A DNA stretch of 50,485 nt, from the IMG/VR virus record IMGVR_UViG_3300032373_000016, positions 1 through 50,485 of that record, one strand, 5' to 3'. Both the position numbers and the translations under genes were made by a program. Shown here in pieces: positions 24,066-34,349 of this stretch (position 1 is the stretch's first letter; each line of letters starts with the position of its first letter). The notes under the pieces were generated by a model. It had not been told where the DNA came from and ran no database searches. It saw nothing but the letters and a program-made list of their open reading frames with translations. This DNA is from a virus (lineage: Duplodnaviria > Caudoviricetes).

Positions 24066-24560
24066 ATGAAGGATTTTTTTATGGACGATCAAACATTCGA
24101 AAAAGCTGAGCCGGAAACGGCAGAAGTTGACGAAAGCGTAGATTTTGACGGCGCCGTTGCGGCGGCAACACTCAAAGTAGATGCCCCAGCCGAATACGGC
24201 ATCAATGTAGATGTCGATGAAAGCAAGCCGTCTGGTGCGACCTTTGGCTTTGCCGGCGCAAAAGCAGTTCCTGTGGCCGCTGTCGAAGGCGCGGAAACAG
24301 ATGACGAGCCTAGCCCCAAAACATCCGAACAAGAATGCGGTGCGGAAAACGTTACTAGTGACGAACCTTACGTTCCGTCCGAAGAGGAAATAGACACTCG
24401 TGTGCGTTTTCAGCGAGCAGATGCCATTCGTGAAGTTGCCAGAAGCAACCAAGGACGCGGCATTCCGATTGAGATCCTTTGCCGACAGGCCGAAGATCTT
24501 ATGCTTTGGCTTGACGGCGAAGTGACCGCCGACGAGTTGACGGTTTACAACGAGCAATAG
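24066..24560 (+). CDS. Acidic hypothetical protein
   Basis: Long ORF downstream of an AGTGCGTT motif; start may be the second Met after AAGGA. Confidence 0.7.
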   Translation: MKDFFMDDQTFEKAEPETAEVDESVDFDGAVAAATLKVDAPAEYGINVDVDESKPSGATFGFAGAKAVPVAAVEGAETDDEPSPKTSEQECGAENVTSDEPYVPSEEEIDTRVRFQRADAIREVARSNQGRGIPIEILCRQAEDLMLWLDGEVTADELTVYNEQ

Positions 24561-24586
24561 CCTAATATCTGAACACCGACCTGAAA

Positions 24587-24615
24587 GGCCGGGGCCCATT
24601 CGGTCCCGGCTTTTT
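24587..24615 (+). terminator. Intrinsic terminator immediately upstream of terL
   Basis: GGCCGGGGCC-CATTC-GGTCCCGGCT-TTTT. Confidence 0.7.
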
Positions 24616-24625
24616 GCATGGAGAC

Positions 24626-26245
24626 ATGATGCCAAGAGCAATCCATTTCCGCGGCGATGAGAGATACCCTAACGGTTCGCCGACACTTAGAAAATTCGTC
24701 ATGGAAGAAGAGCCTGACGTTCAATTGATCGAAGGCCCGATTGAGAGTGGTAAAACCACGGGCTGTATCGCCAAGCTTTACAAGCAAATGTGCGAGATGC
24801 CCCGCGGGGTCGACGGCTACCGGCACTCGAAATTCCTGATCACGCGCCCGACCTATGGCGAGCTGCTTGAAACCGTTGTTGCTGATTGGCTGTTTTGGTT
24901 TCCAGAAAAGGTCTATGGCAACATGACCAGATCTGAGCCGTACCACTATTACATGAACTTCGAAGACGTCAGGTGCGAGGTTGTCTTCATGGCCTTGGTC
25001 GATAGTTCTGAGCCGGTCATGCGGAAGCTTCGCTCAACGCAGTTCACGTCTGCCTGGGTGAACGAAGGCCAGTATTGTCCGCTCAAGCTATTCACCGGCA
25101 TCATTGACCGCTGCGGCCGCTTCCCTGCTCGGGTTGTTACTCCCAACTATGACAGACGCAAGCGCGCGATCCTGGATAACAATGCCCCGCCAGACAATAA
25201 CCATTGGATCCGCAGAATGCGGGGTGATGTGGCTTTGCCAGAAGACATGCCCGATGATCAGAAGATGGCTTACGATAAGCCGGAAAATTGGAAGTTTTAC
25301 CGCCAGCCCGCGGCTGTGCTAGAACGCAAGGATCCGAACACCGGGGATCTCGGCGTCATTGATCAGGAGACAGGCAAATTGGAAAAGTACAAGCTCAATC
25401 CGAAGGCCGAAAACCTGCAGCACATGGGCGACAAGCCCTATTCCACATTCGCTGGTAAATCTCGAGATGAGATCGATCGAGATTACCGGAACATCTCGCG
25501 GCCGTCTCGATCCGGTACGCCGCGGCACCCGCATTTCGACCGGGACTATCACGTTGCGCAGGAAGCGCTGCAGCCAAACCCTGACGTTGAATTGATCTTG
25601 GGGATCGACTTTGGTTTGACGCCGGCCGTTATGTTTGAGCAACGCATCGACGGCCGCTGGTACACATATCGCGAGCATGTCGCAAAGAACGAAGGTGCTG
25701 AAGAGCTTGTCGAATCTATCAAAGAAATTCTGGTCAAGCATTTCCCGTTCTATGTGAACACAGGCATTCGGGCCTGGGGGGATCCGCAGGGCGGTTGGCG
25801 TGGTTCGCAATCGGCCAAGAAGACCAAGACTTCATTTGCGATTCTGCGCGCAGGCGGCGTGCCGGTTGTCCATCCAAAACCAAAAGACAATCCGGAGCTG
25901 AGAATGTCGATTGGTAGGAAGCTTTTGAAAGGCGGGATCAACAAAGGTCCGAAGGTCATCATTGATCCGTCCTGCACTTGGCTGATTGCTGGCTTGGATG
26001 GTCAGGCGAAAATGGTTACGCGCACCACGCCAGATGGATTGGTGATCAAGTCGGAGCTCGCGAAAAATGAACACTCTCACCCGGTTGAGGCGTGGGAATA
26101 TTCCAAATGGGGCTATGGCGAGGGCGCCGATATGGTCAAGGCGTCCGCGAACGGCAAGAAGAGCCGGCGCTTCAATACAGGCCAAACCAGCGGCAGAGAA
26201 AGCACGGATGCTAGGACATGGAAAAAGGTGCGGGTCCGCGCGTAA
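24626..26245 (+). CDS. terL: Terminase large subunit
   Basis: Walker A GPIESGKTT, Walker B AWVNE, nuclease motif ILGIDFGLTP, GDP, SHPVEAWEY. Confidence 0.95.
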   Translation: MMPRAIHFRGDERYPNGSPTLRKFVMEEEPDVQLIEGPIESGKTTGCIAKLYKQMCEMPRGVDGYRHSKFLITRPTYGELLETVVADWLFWFPEKVYGNMTRSEPYHYYMNFEDVRCEVVFMALVDSSEPVMRKLRSTQFTSAWVNEGQYCPLKLFTGIIDRCGRFPARVVTPNYDRRKRAILDNNAPPDNNHWIRRMRGDVALPEDMPDDQKMAYDKPENWKFYRQPAAVLERKDPNTGDLGVIDQETGKLEKYKLNPKAENLQHMGDKPYSTFAGKSRDEIDRDYRNISRPSRSGTPRHPHFDRDYHVAQEALQPNPDVELILGIDFGLTPAVMFEQRIDGRWYTYREHVAKNEGAEELVESIKEILVKHFPFYVNTGIRAWGDPQGGWRGSQSAKKTKTSFAILRAGGVPVVHPKPKDNPELRMSIGRKLLKGGINKGPKVIIDPSCTWLIAGLDGQAKMVTRTTPDGLVIKSELAKNEHSHPVEAWEYSKWGYGEGADMVKASANGKKSRRFNTGQTSGRESTDARTWKKVRVRA

Positions 26246-26688
26246 TGGAAACTGAGATCCTTTTTTGGAACGTCATTTTCTACCGGAATGAGCGCGAGCA
26301 TTGGTGGGATTGGTTGACCCATCCAGACTGGCGGCATGTTTCAATCTATGGCTGGATGTCTGACCGCTGGGTTTCGTTTGACGTGGCAGACACCAGGTCT
26401 CGGATCCGGGTTATGACGCAAGACGAGTTCGTGATCTGGCTGCTCGAGCAAAAAGAAACCGCCACCGCTATCGTCAAAATCCCCACGCAAAAAGGCGGCG
26501 GCATCCCAGCTCGAATGGGCCTATGGTGCGTGAATGGCGTGAAGCATGTGCTCGGACTTCGTTCAAGTGCGTTGAGGCCAAGGGCGCTTTTTCGTGACCT
26601 AATGGCCAATGATGCAGAGGTGATTTTCACAAATGGTAACGAAAGCGAGCGGTCCTTCCGAGAGTGCAGAGCAGAAGGCGGCGCGTGA
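26245..26688 (+). CDS. Permuted papain-like (NlpC/P60-type) putative peptidase
   Basis: WRHV...WCV..VKHVLG...RP..L, i.e. His-before-Cys order; located between terL and portal. Confidence 0.5.
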   Translation: METEILFWNVIFYRNEREHWWDWLTHPDWRHVSIYGWMSDRWVSFDVADTRSRIRVMTQDEFVIWLLEQKETATAIVKIPTQKGGGIPARMGLWCVNGVKHVLGLRSSALRPRALFRDLMANDAEVIFTNGNESERSFRECRAEGGA

Positions 26689-26929
26689 GCGCGCTGAGGA
26701 ACAAGCTCGCGAAGCGCAGATCGGCGAGATCCGGCGCGGCGTTACCCAAGAAACCTCATCCCTGTTAAGTCGGTTCGGTCTCGTGACCGGAACTGGCAAA
26801 GCCAAATCGACGGCCGCGCAACAAGCGTTTGCAGGGTTTGGTGGGCTCACGCCTAAATCAGGTAGTTTCACTCCAAGGCCGGGCGGTGGCGGTGGCTCAA
26901 CTGCGGGCTTCAGCCGTTTCGCGAGGTAA
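26633..26929 (+). CDS. Small protein preceding the portal (putative virion assembly protein)
   Basis: Position and Ala/Gly/Arg-rich composition as in T7/BPP-1-type modules. Confidence 0.6.
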   Translation: MVTKASGPSESAEQKAARERAEEQAREAQIGEIRRGVTQETSSLLSRFGLVTGTGKAKSTAAQQAFAGFGGLTPKSGSFTPRPGGGGGSTAGFSRFAR

Positions 26930-26931
26930 GA

Positions 26932-28497
26932 ATGCCATACGACAATGAACCGTCAAAAATTGACGACAAAATTGCCCTTCTGATCCAACAGGCCAGAACC
27001 GGGCGCCAGCATTTTCAAACAGCCTATAATAATTTCTTCGATCTCGCGGCGCCCTGGCGTTCGCGAGTTGGTGAGAAGGCGACCGAACTTGATCCGCAGG
27101 CGCCGTCTGAGCAGGACAATATTTTCGATACAACGCTGCAAGAAGCTGTCGATGATTGGGCATCTGATTGCCACGATGAGTTCACGCCGTCTTATCGGCC
27201 GTGGACGACCTATGAAGCCATTGGGGGGACTGAGCAATTTTCACAAGCGTCAAAGAAGAAGATCATAGAATTTGTCACCAACCGAATGCGCAAGGTTTAC
27301 GACAGGATCAACCAATCAAACTTCGAAGAAGAAGTCGAAGGGTGTTACGTCGACCTGGCAATTGCGCCGACAGGATTAGACGTGATCCTTACGCCGGCCG
27401 GGCAGCCGCTTCGTTTCGAGCACATCCCGATCAGCGAGCTCCTGATTCTGCCTTCTCCGTTTGGTGGAGTGGGGGATCGCTTTCGCGAGCGACAGGTTCA
27501 ATGGAAACACTTGGAGCTTATTTGGCCGGACGCCGATTGGGGCAAGGTGAAGACTGGCTCAATGATGGACACGAACGGGACTGTGACAGTGGTGAAGGCC
27601 CTGATGCGGGATTGGCGCAACCGATCTGAAGAGGTTTGGCGCGAATACCTGTTCTGCGAAGGCAAGATTGTGCAAACGCTTGATCCTGTCTCCGGACCTG
27701 GTTCGTGTTCTATGATTGTGGCTCGGCCGCGCGTGTCGTCTCCGTCTGCCTATGGCATCGGCTATGCAAACAAATCTGTTCCAGCCGCTCGGGTCTTGGA
27801 TGAGATGGCCTATCTCGAGCTGAAGAGAACCGGCAAAGTGATTGATCCGTCTTATCTGTTTTCAGATGACGGCACGTTCAATGCTGAAGGCGGCATTGAC
27901 AATGGCGAGTTTGTCGAAGCGGGCGAGGGTTTTGAGCTTAAGAGCCTGGCGCCGGATAATGACGGCAGAGAGGCGTGGTTCGTTCAAGACAAACTTGAGG
28001 CAACCGTGAAGCGTGGTTTGTTCCAAGATGGCCCGCAACAGACAGGTGACACGCCGCCTACGCTTGGGCAGTGGATGGATCAGAAAGAGACAGCATCTCG
28101 CCGCAAAGGCTTCCCACGTTCGCGCATTTCGAATGAATTGGTTGTGCCGACGCTGCGCCGCGTTGACTGGTGCCTGATGCAGCGCAAAGAGCTAGAGGCA
28201 GCGCTTAAAGTTGAAGATGAACTTGTCCGTTTCCAGCCGATCTCTCCAATGTCGCGCGCTTCAGATCTCCAGGAGATCCAGATGGCAAACCAGCATCTTC
28301 AAATGTTTGCCGGTCATTTTGGTGATCAGGCAATGGATTATTATGATGTTCCAGAAATGATGGAAGAGGCTAATAAAAAGCTCGGCGGCAGCGTCGTGAA
28401 GATCCGTTCTGAGGATGCTGTAACAAAACTGCGCACAGAGCGCGCTCAATTGGAAGCCGCAGCCAGCGGCGGATTAGGGGAATTGCCAAGTGGCTAG
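26932..28497 (+). CDS. Portal (head-tail connector), T7/BPP-1 type
   Basis: NIFDTT, FTP..RPW, SNF..E....Y.DL...PTG, YGIG motifs; size and synteny. Confidence 0.92.
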   Translation: MPYDNEPSKIDDKIALLIQQARTGRQHFQTAYNNFFDLAAPWRSRVGEKATELDPQAPSEQDNIFDTTLQEAVDDWASDCHDEFTPSYRPWTTYEAIGGTEQFSQASKKKIIEFVTNRMRKVYDRINQSNFEEEVEGCYVDLAIAPTGLDVILTPAGQPLRFEHIPISELLILPSPFGGVGDRFRERQVQWKHLELIWPDADWGKVKTGSMMDTNGTVTVVKALMRDWRNRSEEVWREYLFCEGKIVQTLDPVSGPGSCSMIVARPRVSSPSAYGIGYANKSVPAARVLDEMAYLELKRTGKVIDPSYLFSDDGTFNAEGGIDNGEFVEAGEGFELKSLAPDNDGREAWFVQDKLEATVKRGLFQDGPQQTGDTPPTLGQWMDQKETASRRKGFPRSRISNELVVPTLRRVDWCLMQRKELEAALKVEDELVRFQPISPMSRASDLQEIQMANQHLQMFAGHFGDQAMDYYDVPEMMEEANKKLGGSVVKIRSEDAVTKLRTERAQLEAAASGGLGELPSG

Positions 28498-28756
28498 TTG
28501 GAAAGATTTAGATCGCGAAGCAAGCGGAAAAGATGAAGATAGTTCTCTTCATATTCGGAATGTTCTTAGTCGAATTGGCGACACTGCAGACGGCAAAGTG
28601 TTTCGAAAATGGTTGCTCGAAGGCAAAATCAAAGTGGCTCCTCCTGCCGGTGCAACAGATAGTGCGTTGAGAGATCACGCCGCAGATCAAAGGATTGCGG
28701 TTAAGATTTACAACGCATTGGAGCCACTAAGTGAACGTCAACGGAACCGGGAATGA
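28490..28756 (+). CDS. Bbp19-like protein
   Basis: T.DGK.F.KWL pattern between portal and scaffold. Confidence 0.6.
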   Translation: MASWKDLDREASGKDEDSSLHIRNVLSRIGDTADGKVFRKWLLEGKIKVAPPAGATDSALRDHAADQRIAVKIYNALEPLSERQRNRE

Positions 28757-29522
28757 AGACAGCGCAGCACCAGAAGCCGCAGGCTTTGGTGGCGCAAAAG
28801 AGGTGAGCACTCCTGCCAATGGGGATGCTCCGGCGTCGGACGCTGCTGATCCTTCGGAAACCGGGCAAGATGACGCAGCGGCCGACGCGACCGGCTCATA
28901 TGAACTTCCACAAGACCTTCTCGGCGAAGACGGCGCGCTGAACACAGAAGCTGTCACTGCCCGCCTCCGGACTGACGCTGAAAGCGCTGCGGCAAGAATA
29001 GAAAAGTTCGGCGAGGTGCCTGAAGGCGATTATACGATTCCTGGCGAAGTCGAGATCGAAGGCATTGGCGCGGTCTCAATCGATCCTGAAAACCCATACC
29101 TCAAAGGCTTTATGGAAAAGGGCAAAGAGCTTGGCATTGGCCAAACCGCCATGACCACTTTCCTCGAAGACTATGTTCAATCGGCCGCGGCTGATGCGAA
29201 GGCGCTATCTACTGAAGCTGCCAAGCAGGTCGTTACTGACCAGAACAACAAAATGCTGAGTGAGTTTGAATCGCTCGGTGACGACAGAGACTCCCGGTTA
29301 GCGTCTCTACAATCGACCATCTCTGAACAGGTTTCGCCTGAAGCCGCGACGGCGCTGGTCAACGATATTCGTACCAAAGCAAGTTTTGAAGCAATCGAAG
29401 GATTGTTAGAGCGTGTTGGTGCGGGTCGTCTGAATACCGAACCTACGGGTGAGCACGCAGACGATGGCGAACTTGATGTCGCTAACATTCTCTTTCCAAG
29501 TAAACAAAAAGGTAAAAGCTAA
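28731..29522 (+). CDS. Capsid scaffolding protein
   Basis: Acidic and helical; VPEGDY...KELGIGQ; directly upstream of the capsid gene. Confidence 0.8.
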   Translation: MNVNGTGNEDSAAPEAAGFGGAKEVSTPANGDAPASDAADPSETGQDDAAADATGSYELPQDLLGEDGALNTEAVTARLRTDAESAAARIEKFGEVPEGDYTIPGEVEIEGIGAVSIDPENPYLKGFMEKGKELGIGQTAMTTFLEDYVQSAAADAKALSTEAAKQVVTDQNNKMLSEFESLGDDRDSRLASLQSTISEQVSPEAATALVNDIRTKASFEAIEGLLERVGAGRLNTEPTGEHADDGELDVANILFPSKQKGKS

Positions 29523-30532
29523 TGGCTGTTGTTGGACAACCGTTTATCGATCTCATCGATATTAACAAAGCGAAGGGCGCTGACGGCAAAGTCACAGCGT
29601 CCTTGATCGATATCGTTGCACGGCAGTCTCCCGTGCTTCGGAGCTCGTATATGGGCGCGTGTAACAACAACACGACGCACAAGCATGTGATCCGCTCTGG
29701 GCGTGGCATGGCAAGCTGGGGCCGGCTCTACAAAGGTATTGCCGCTTCCAAAGGCAACACGTTCCAAGTCGAAGATACAACCGGCTTTCTGGAAGCTCGT
29801 ACAGAGATCGATATGCGTCTCTTGGAGCTGGAAGGCGACAATGCGGCAAAGTACAAGCTGCTTGAAGCCGAAGGCCAGTTGCAGACTGTCACCGAGAACT
29901 TTGAAACCGCCTTCTTCTATTCCGATACCGCGGCGGCGCCGGATGAGATTAAAGGGCTGGGCGCTCGTTATGGCACGATCTCAAATGCCGGTCCTGGCAA
30001 TCAGATTGTCGATGCGGGTGGAACCGGGTCGGACAACATGTCTGTTTGGATGATGACATGGGGCCCGCGCGCTTGTGCGCTGATCCACCCATCAAAAGTA
30101 TCGGGCGGCATCGAGCGTCAGCAAAAAGGCGAACAGCGCGTGCTGGATGACAATGGCAACCCGTACTACGCTGAAGAGGACATTTACCGTCTTCACACTG
30201 GCGTTTCGGTTGGCGATTGGCGCTATGTTGTCCGCATTGCTAACATTGACGTGTCGGCATTCGCAACGGATCCGTCCGGTGCAATCGATTGGCTGCGTGA
30301 TGCTTATTACAAGCACCGCGGCCGCGTTGAGAACATGGGCAAAACCGTCATCTATTGCCGGCAAGAGTTCATCCAAGGTCTTGACGAGCTGGGCACAAAC
30401 TCGGCCGGTTCGGATAACTTCATTCGCTTGAAGCCAATGGACTTCATGGGCCAAGAGTTCGACGCTTACCGTGGTAAGATGCCGATCATCGAGACAGAGA
30501 ACCTTCTCGCCACGGAAGCACGGGTCGTCTAA
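29522..30532 (+). CDS. Major capsid protein (BPP-1 Bbp17-like)
   Basis: W..LYKG..ASK, DTTG.LEA..EID, FFY.D....P.E..GL..RY, DAGGTGSDN.S.W, G..V.DWRYVVRIANID. Confidence 0.93.
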   Translation: MAVVGQPFIDLIDINKAKGADGKVTASLIDIVARQSPVLRSSYMGACNNNTTHKHVIRSGRGMASWGRLYKGIAASKGNTFQVEDTTGFLEARTEIDMRLLELEGDNAAKYKLLEAEGQLQTVTENFETAFFYSDTAAAPDEIKGLGARYGTISNAGPGNQIVDAGGTGSDNMSVWMMTWGPRACALIHPSKVSGGIERQQKGEQRVLDDNGNPYYAEEDIYRLHTGVSVGDWRYVVRIANIDVSAFATDPSGAIDWLRDAYYKHRGRVENMGKTVIYCRQEFIQGLDELGTNSAGSDNFIRLKPMDFMGQEFDAYRGKMPIIETENLLATEARVV

Positions 30533-30568
30533 TCGCGAGCTGCCACCCTTAACCCTAAAGGAAAAACA

Positions 30569-31000
30569 ATGATTTTCTCACAGAACCTCATTTTCTCCGA
30601 TCAACAGGCGATTACTGCGACGGCCGCGTCAACGAACGTCATTGATCTTGGAGCAAAGCTGACACCGCCTCATGAGGGGGCGGCTCTATCGCCGGATATC
30701 GGCATTGGGTCAAAAACGTGTCTGCTCATTCAAGTGACTGAGGCGTTCGATAACCTCACGTCCTTGAACATCGCTTGTCAGAAAGACGACAACTCGGCTT
30801 TCTCTTCTCCTGAAACGATCTGGGATGAAGACATTGTGCTTGCCGGTCTGACAGTCGGAGCTCGCGCGCTTTGGGAGCACATCTCTAAGCGTACCGATCA
30901 GCAATATCTGCGGCTGCTCTATACCGTCACGGGCACTGGTCCGACTGTCGGTAAGATCATGGCCGGCATCACTATGGGGAACCAGAACGATTATGGGTAA
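30569..31000 (+). CDS. Capsid cement protein (Bbp16-like)
   Basis: FSDQQAITATAASTNVIDLG...YLRL.YTVTGT.PT.GKI.AGI. Confidence 0.85.
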   Translation: MIFSQNLIFSDQQAITATAASTNVIDLGAKLTPPHEGAALSPDIGIGSKTCLLIQVTEAFDNLTSLNIACQKDDNSAFSSPETIWDEDIVLAGLTVGARALWEHISKRTDQQYLRLLYTVTGTGPTVGKIMAGITMGNQNDYG

Positions 31001-31469
31001 GACATTGATTGTTTCTGCGTTGGCGGCTGGTTTTTACGGTCAATTTCGCAACCCTGGTGACAAGTTCGCAATTGCCAAGATCTCTGATTTCTCAAAGAAG
31101 TGGATGCTTCCGGAGAACTTCTCAATCTCGAACGGTAAAGCTACCGCCAAGAAGGCTTCGGAAACAGAAGAAGATGAAGAGGCGGCAGAACTCGCCGCTG
31201 AGCTTCTGGCGCAACAAGCCGCCAAAGGTTCGGACGAAAATGGCGAAGCTTCGGAAGGTGATGACGAGCTGAAAACATTCAGCCAGTACAAAGAAGCCTA
31301 TCCTGGCCAAGACGGCGTTGAGATCGATGGCAGCGAAGCGGTTCAATCTGCCTTCGAAGACTTTGAGGGCTCTGTTGAAGCTTGGAACGACTTGACCCAA
31401 AAAGACCGGCGTGATCGCGTCTTGGCAAAGGTCTCGGCGATGATCGCGGACGCCGAAGACGAAGAATAA
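30993..31469 (+). CDS. Hypothetical acidic protein
   Basis: GFYG.FR.PGDKF N-terminus; last gene before a terminator. Confidence 0.7.
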   Translation: MGKTLIVSALAAGFYGQFRNPGDKFAIAKISDFSKKWMLPENFSISNGKATAKKASETEEDEEAAELAAELLAQQAAKGSDENGEASEGDDELKTFSQYKEAYPGQDGVEIDGSEAVQSAFEDFEGSVEAWNDLTQKDRRDRVLAKVSAMIADAEDEE

Positions 31470-31492
31470 GCCCTGCGCCTCAAACCAATTAG

Positions 31493-31523
31493 AAACGCCC
31501 CGGTTTAACGCCGGGGCGTTTTT
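31493..31523 (+). terminator. Intrinsic terminator after the capsid operon
   Basis: AAACGCCCCGG-TTTAACG-CCGGGGCGTTT-TT. Confidence 0.85.
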
Positions 31524-31570
31524 GTTTGAAAGTGCGTTGTTCGAACGGTGCCAAAATTGCGGAATAGGGC

Positions 31571-32200
31571 ATGGCCATTACACCTTCACCGCTCACCATT
31601 TTGCAGGCTGCATTTCCCGTTGTTGGCTGCAATCCGCCCACCTCTATCGATGATAATACCGATGAGGCCAAAGCCGCTAAGGCCACATACGAGATCGATG
31701 CTCGCGAGTTTCTTTCGCGTCACGCCTGGTCGTGGGCAACCAAGACAGCGCTTGCGACGTACAAAGGCGAGCGCACCGATCAGCGACCGCGATATGAGTA
31801 CACGCTTCCGGCCGATGTGATCACGGTAAGGTCCGCGCAACAGGGCACGTTTCCGTTTCGAGATTTCATGATGGAAGACGGATTGCTTTTGTGTGACCTG
31901 TTTGACGCTAAAAATATCTACGTATCGTACAGCCGTCGCGTGAGCGAGATCCATTGGCCACCGGCCTTTGTTGCCGCGATGGTCGATAAGGTGGCGTCAC
32001 GTCTAGCGTCTGGTCTTTTGGATCGGGCTTCAGAGGGCGATGCTTATGAGAGGCGCGCAGAGAAAAAGCTTCTCCGTGCCAAGCGTATAGACCGGCGCCA
32101 ATTCCCCGGATCCAAGGTGTATGAAAACACTTCTCTGCAGCGCCGCTGGTCAGGGTCGAACGATCAATTCCGGACAGGCTTTTATGGTAAAAACTCGTAA
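31571..32200 (+). CDS. Tail adaptor (tail tubular protein A-like)
   Basis: H.WSWATK, YEYTLPAD, WPPAFV.A...A..LA; synteny. Confidence 0.85.
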   Translation: MAITPSPLTILQAAFPVVGCNPPTSIDDNTDEAKAAKATYEIDAREFLSRHAWSWATKTALATYKGERTDQRPRYEYTLPADVITVRSAQQGTFPFRDFMMEDGLLLCDLFDAKNIYVSYSRRVSEIHWPPAFVAAMVDKVASRLASGLLDRASEGDAYERRAEKKLLRAKRIDRRQFPGSKVYENTSLQRRWSGSNDQFRTGFYGKNS

Positions 32201-34349
32201 ACACAAAAGCACGCTAGAGCTCGGTGAGCTGTCGCGCGATTTCCTGATGAACCAGTCAGAAGAAGGTGTGCTCGAGCGCGCCTGTCAGACTGCGTTGAAT
32301 GTGATCCTGAAAGCAGGCGGTGGCGCGAAGCGGCGCCCTGGCGGTGACTTCAAGTTCTCAACAGATGTGCAGCCTCGGCGATTTCGCTTCAGAGGGCGGG
32401 GCTTTGTTGAAGAGCTGGTGTTCACGAATGGTGTTCTGTTTGTTCACGACGAAGATGGTGTGCTTTTGCAGACGATTGGAAGTCAGGCATGGGTCACGGC
32501 CGACTTGGACAATCTGAGGTTTGGCGCGAATGCCAACAAGGTCTTCGTCACCTCGGCTTTAAACACGCTTCCTGTTCAAGAGCTCACTCGTGCGGCCGAT
32601 GGCACATGGTCTGTTGCGGCGTATCAGTTTTCGGTTGGTGTAAACGGCAAGCGATCCCAGCCATTCTATGACAAGTTCGATGAGATCGACACTGTGATGA
32701 CGGTTGGCGCCTATAGCGGAACAGGTGTGACGCTGCAGTTCAATCAGGATGTTCTTGTCGCTGGGCACGTGGGCCTGCGCTTCCGCTACATGGCGGCAAA
32801 CGAAATGGTTATTACGGCCGTCACCGATGCGCAAAACGCGACGGTCGACATTGTGGACACGCTTTACCCGACGCTTGACCTGCCTGTCGCAAGCAGTGCG
32901 AATTACAAAGTTGGTGAAGTGGTTGAAGGTGACGTCAGCAACGTGCGCGGCGTCATCGTAGAAGTCCCAACAGGAACATCTGTGCGCGTGATCCTTCTGG
33001 AAGGGTATGAGCGTTTCCAATATTCAGCGACGGCTGAAGATAATGACAAGCTGATCACTCGCGAGGCAGGGGAAGCTTTGACCGCGGCGCCAGTGCTAGT
33101 CACTACGCCATTCTTTACGTCGATCTATGATGAGCAACTGATCTCGGCCGTGCGTGGATATCCAGGATCATTGGCCGTCCACAAAAACCGTTTGATCTTG
33201 AGCGCGTTCGCCGAAGCAACCGATGTGGTCTGCGGATCCGCCAACGGTAATTTCTATGACTTCGCGGTTGGCGCTGAAGATGAGAATGCTTTCAATGAAG
33301 AGCTTGGCGCCGATCCCAACTCAGAGATCCGGCATGTCGCGTCTAAGGATCAGTTGGTGATCATGACGGATCGGGGCTGCCACTTTGTACCCGAATCTCC
33401 GCAATCTCCGTTAACCCCTGCAAACATCGCGTTCTATGAGATCACGCCTGATGGCTGTTCTCTGGTTGAACCGTTCTCTACGCCAGAAGGCATCGTGTTT
33501 ATCGATAATGATGCTGGGCGCCTTATGGTGCTGGCACAAGCAGGAAGTCTTTCTCAACCGTCCTGGGACGTAGCGGAGCTGTCTGAAGCGGCTTATCACA
33601 TGCTGACTGGTCCCAAGCGTCTGGTCGTTGCAAACGGGCTAGACGGGCGAACTGAGCGATATGCGATGGTGCTGAATGATGACGGCACGGTTGCCTGCAT
33701 GATCTATCGCAGGGGATCCGATAAAGTTGGCTTCTCGAGATGGACGCATGGTGAGGGTGCGTTCTCTGATATCACTGTCTCTGAAGATCGCGTGTTCATG
33801 ACCTCAAAGATTGACCGGGTATTTTCTGATATTGAAACGTCTTCGATCTGGCTGACCTCTGAAATGAAGTTTAGCAGCCTGGTCGATGACGAAGCGCCAT
33901 ATGTAAGCGCCGCTTCTGATACGACGATCCGCAACACACTGTCTGATGTTGTGAAAGATGGTGCTGTTATCGGATCTGGGGATGTTGTGCTCGAGGGCGG
34001 CAATTGGGTGGTCGAAGACCTGTCGGCTGCGGCAGGCCAGTCTCGAGGGTTTGACTTTGATGTCGACGTGACACCGGCGCCACAAACCAGCATGACGGGA
34101 TCCGGCCGCGTTCGAATTCCTAAAACGTGGGTCGATGTTCTCGATACGGGGATCATCCAGATCGGGAACTCTGAATATCTTCCGTGGGGGCCTGATGATC
34201 CATTGGATGATCCGGGCAAGACGCGAACTCAGCGGATCGTCGCTACCCAGCTTGGCTGGTCTTATGAGGCAACAAAGTTTATCGGTCAGACGCGCGGGCG
34301 CGGCGGTGCCTTCGATGTGCGGTCAATTCTTTTGGAGGTTTCTAAGTAA
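32184..34349 (+). CDS. Tail nozzle (tail tubular protein B-like)
   Basis: GELS...N.ILK..GG.KRRPG, GYPGS..HKNRL, VLNDDG...VGFSRW. Confidence 0.87.
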   Translation: MVKTRKHKSTLELGELSRDFLMNQSEEGVLERACQTALNVILKAGGGAKRRPGGDFKFSTDVQPRRFRFRGRGFVEELVFTNGVLFVHDEDGVLLQTIGSQAWVTADLDNLRFGANANKVFVTSALNTLPVQELTRAADGTWSVAAYQFSVGVNGKRSQPFYDKFDEIDTVMTVGAYSGTGVTLQFNQDVLVAGHVGLRFRYMAANEMVITAVTDAQNATVDIVDTLYPTLDLPVASSANYKVGEVVEGDVSNVRGVIVEVPTGTSVRVILLEGYERFQYSATAEDNDKLITREAGEALTAAPVLVTTPFFTSIYDEQLISAVRGYPGSLAVHKNRLILSAFAEATDVVCGSANGNFYDFAVGAEDENAFNEELGADPNSEIRHVASKDQLVIMTDRGCHFVPESPQSPLTPANIAFYEITPDGCSLVEPFSTPEGIVFIDNDAGRLMVLAQAGSLSQPSWDVAELSEAAYHMLTGPKRLVVANGLDGRTERYAMVLNDDGTVACMIYRRGSDKVGFSRWTHGEGAFSDITVSEDRVFMTSKIDRVFSDIETSSIWLTSEMKFSSLVDDEAPYVSAASDTTIRNTLSDVVKDGAVIGSGDVVLEGGNWVVEDLSAAAGQSRGFDFDVDVTPAPQTSMTGSGRVRIPKTWVDVLDTGIIQIGNSEYLPWGPDDPLDDPGKTRTQRIVATQLGWSYEATKFIGQTRGRGGAFDVRSILLEVSK

